From: Candidatus Poribacteria bacterium
GTDB taxonomy: Bacteria > Poribacteria > WGA-4E > WGA-3G
Length of the DNA stretch: 64,000 nucleotides
Direction of reading: 5' to 3'
NCBI GenBank assembly: GCA_965242965.1
Contig: OZ251518.1
Location: 3,648,001-3,712,000, forward strand
Shown here: positions 61,107-64,000 of the stretch, in pieces
Position numbering within the stretch: the stretch's first letter is position 1
How the letters are laid out: every line of letters starts with the position of its first letter
Made by a program: the position numbers and the translations under genes
Notes under the pieces: model-generated
The model's database searches: none
Told to the model about the DNA's origin: nothing
The model's input: only the letters and a program-made list of their open reading frames with translations

Positions 61107-61331
61107 ATGCCAATTCAGTGGAGAAACCACATCACCAGCACGCCGGACATCTTACGCGGAAAACCGCGCCTCAAAGGCACCCGCATTCCCGTGAGCCTCA
61201 TCCTCGGATACTTAGCCGCCGGCGCAACATCGGCAGACATTCTCGCGGATTTTCCAGACCTCGAGGCACATCAGATTCACGCCTGTCTCGATTATGCACG
61301 CGAATTAGCCGAATTTGAGGTAGCCACTTAA
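61107..61331 (+). CDS. DUF433-family antitoxin
   Basis: ITSTPDILRGKPRLKGTRIPVSLIL..ILADFPDL..IHACLDYA. Confidence 0.9.
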   Translation: MPIQWRNHITSTPDILRGKPRLKGTRIPVSLILGYLAAGATSADILADFPDLEAHQIHACLDYARELAEFEVAT

Positions 61332-61523
61332 TGCGCTTGCAATTCCTGGCAGATCACTGTGTGCCAACCCTCGTGGTTGAAAGCCTTCAAGCCGCCGGCC
61401 ACGAAGTGACACGACTCAGAGATTGGCTCCCCGGAATCACCGGATGAACATGTTATCGCAAAAGCGCAAGAATTGGCGGCGATCCTCCTCACGCTCAACG
61501 GCGACTTCGCGCACCATCTGTAG
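61331..61523 (+). pseudogene. DUF5615/Mut7-C-like PIN toxin, frameshifted and truncated by a REP cluster
   Basis: MRLQFLADHCVP..AAGHEV, then in another frame PESPDEHVIAKAQELAAILLTLNGDFAH, ending at the TAG of a REP GTAG. Confidence 0.75.
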
Positions 61524-62420
61524 TTCGGGAGTGCCCGCTCCCGAACGGGTCAAGAGCAGGCGCTCTTGACCTACAGAAGGAGACACGTCGTTTTCACCGT
61601 AGCGCGGGGGCCTGTCCCCCGCGATCGTTGCATGGCGAGGGACAGGCCCTCGCCCTACGGTGGAGGGGAGGCGGCCTTGACAACCGTAGCGCGGGGGCCT
61701 GTCCCCCGCGATCGTTGGGGTACGCGGACGATTCGCCACCCCATCTGTAGTTCGGGAGCGCCTGCTCCCGAACGGGTCAGGATCAGGCGATCTTGACCTA
61801 CAGAGAAGAGGGGGTCTGGTGCCTGAACGATGGCGAGGGACAGGCCCTCGCCCTACGGTATCGCGTGCGTTTTTTGTTCGACAACGCGGGAGACGTTTTT
61901 TTCACCGTAGCGCGTGGACCTGTCCCCCGCGATCGTTGGGATACGCGGACGATTCGCCACCCATCTGTAGTTCGGGAGTGCCCGCTCCCGCACGGGTCAA
62001 GAGCAGGCGCTCTTGCCCTACAGAGAAAAGGGAGGAGGTCTGGTGCCTGAACGCTGGCGAGGGACAGGCCTATAAACGGGGCTGCTGGGGTCTCCATTAG
62101 GGGATGCTGGTGCCTGAACGCTGGCGAGGGACAGGCCCTCGCCCTACGGTAGCGCGTGCGTTTTTTGTTCGACAACGCGGGAGACGTTTTTTTCACCGTA
62201 GCGCGGGGGCCTGTCCCCCGCGATCGTTCGATCGCGCGGACGATTCGCCCTCCCCCTTCTGTAGTTTGTGATCGCCTGATCACAAACGGGTCAAGAGCAG
62301 GTGCTCTTGACCTACAGAGGGACGGGTCTGGTGCCTGAACGCTGGCGAGGGACAGGCCCTCGCCCTACGGTAAACAGCACGCTTTTTTCACCGTAGCGCG
62401 GGGCCTGTCCCCCGCGAGCA
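61515..62420. repeat. REP cluster, near copy of 60420-60970
   Basis: Same units and linkers (GGACGATTCGCCACCCCATCTGTAG, GGTCTGGTGCCTGAACG). Confidence 0.85.
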
Positions 62421-62564
62421 TTGATTACCCCAATCATCTGTAGGGCAAGATTAGGCGATTTTGAATTATTGATTCTATCGCTGCAATGCGAGGGACAGGC
62501 CCTCGCGCTACGAGCACCGGGGACGATTTCCTACGAAGTATTATACCAAATTTGGAAAATGAAT

Positions 62565-62593
62565 TTGACAAATTTGGTGAAAAATGGTAGTAT
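62565..62593 (+). promoter_or_regulatory. Promoter of the terminal LRR gene
   Basis: TTGACA-17 nt-TAGTAT with TG extension. Confidence 0.65.
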
Positions 62594-62744
62594 TGTTAGA
62601 AATTAGGATGGAGACTATCAATACAACGCGAGGGACAGGCCCTCGCGCTACGGGGCCCGAGGACGATGTCCTACGCCGAAAACGGGCACCGAAGACGATT
62701 TCTGTTGGATAACCCACTCGTGAAAACGAGATAGGAGATACGCC

Positions 62745-64000
62745 ATGAAGATCCGAATTGCTATTAACACCGCTATGAAACACGCCGCGCGCGTGCCGTT
62801 TGCTGCTTTGCAGACTAACTGCGAGGCATTCAGTCGATTTACCCCCCCTTCACTCGACACCCGTTAACTCCAGGCCTCACAAGGCAACATCGGCGTTCTT
62901 TCGGAGATTCCGGCCGTGAACGCCGGACTGCCGCCAACATTCGCTTACCCGGTAACGTCGGCGTTCTTCTGGCGTTGCTGGTGATTGCATTCTCTTGTTG
63001 CTGGATCCCTGTCGCCTCCGCACAGGATGAAGTCCCGTTCCATGAACGAGCTTTCAGAGATACTGTTTTCAGAGATGTTGTGGGGTCTGCACTTAGCGAA
63101 AATCGCCCTGGTGGGCGAATAAAAGATCTCTCCGATCCCATCACGCAAGCACATATGGCAGACTCACGCTTCACTGAGCTGAGTCAGTTTACCCGTCCCT
63201 TTCCGACTCGGCCCCTAATAACGGACTTAACGGGAATTGAGTACGCGACAAGTTTGACAACCTTAGATATCAGCAACCAGGAAGTTAGCGACCTCTCGCC
63301 GATCGCAGGTCTGACGGGGTTGACAGATTTAACTCTCAATGGTAATGAGATTAGCGACCTCACGCCACTCCGAAACCTGACAAATTTGACGGTCTTAGCG
63401 GTCAGCCGGAATGATATTCGCGACCTCTCGCCGATCGGAACACTGACAAGTTTAACCACGTTATACATCAATAACAATCCAAATCTTGGTGCGAACCTTG
63501 CGGGACTCAGAAGTCTGACGAATCTGATGGAATTAACGATGTATTCTATCAACGCACGTGACATTCAGCCGCTTGAAGGGCTGACGAATTTGAGCAGACT
63601 AATTGCCTATGACAACCAAATCCGAGATCTCTCACCGCTCAGAGACTTGGAAAATTTGACGATTTTGAACATTGCGGCTAATGGAATTCGTGATATTTCG
63701 CCGCTCACGGAGTTGACGCTCAGCACTTTAAACTTCAGACAGGTCTCATTTTGGGGGGACTCCTATTATAGCAAGTTACTGAGTTACCCATCACTCTATA
63801 CGTATCTCCCCATCATTCTAGCCAACAATCCGACGCTATCTGTGGGAAACTTCACTTTCGGTCCCCCTAACTTTCGCGTTCCGACAACCCTAGAGAGCAT
63901 CTCTGGCGATGGGGCAACCGTCGTATCGGACGAGGCACTGCCGGAACCGCTCATCGTGAAGGTGCTGGATGAAAACGAAGAACGGTTTGCTGGCGTGCCG
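62745..64000 (+). CDS. Secreted internalin-like LRR protein (runs off window end); leader out of frame at a C7 tract
   Basis: Not in ORF track; AGGAG RBS plus ATG 62745; main frame reads VLLALLVIAFSCCWIPVASAQ..ITDLTGIEYATSLTTLDISNQEVSDLSPIAGLTGL..ISGDG..LPEPLIVKV. Confidence 0.82.

Overview
Bacterial window of moderately high GC with about 45 protein genes, mostly on the minus strand. The gene content (PhyH dioxygenase, sulfatase, enolase-superfamily enzymes, LRR/dockerin and cadherin-FN3 surface proteins, TolB-like protein ending in an 'LTT(x)(W/F)GxxK' tail, PorV-like barrel) suggests Candidatus Poribacteria; this is an inference. Housekeeping genes are leuC, leuD, leuS, rnj, dprA, a pgsA-like gene and phoX. 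There are four toxin-antitoxin loci, one of them decayed. Most intergenic space is filled by modular clusters of several GTAG-led hairpin (REP-like) families, often bracketed by a shared 17-bp inverted repeat, and degenerate copies sit in frame inside coding genes including leuS. Main findings: (1) an intact tnpB element (22111-23579) plus a related 470-bp element with no credible protein gene (57001-57470), with matching ends, the same TTAA flank, its own promoter and a structured omega-RNA-like transcript; (2) two surface-protein genes whose RBS-linked ATG is separated from the main ORF by an A-C(n)-TTCAC tract, both needing a -1 shift; (3) a DprA fused to a PD-(D/E)xK nuclease, overlapping a GHMP kinase that lacks its catalytic Asp; (4) an archaeal-type pantoate kinase. 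No rRNA, tRNA or CRISPR array was recognised. All calls are by eye, without database searches.
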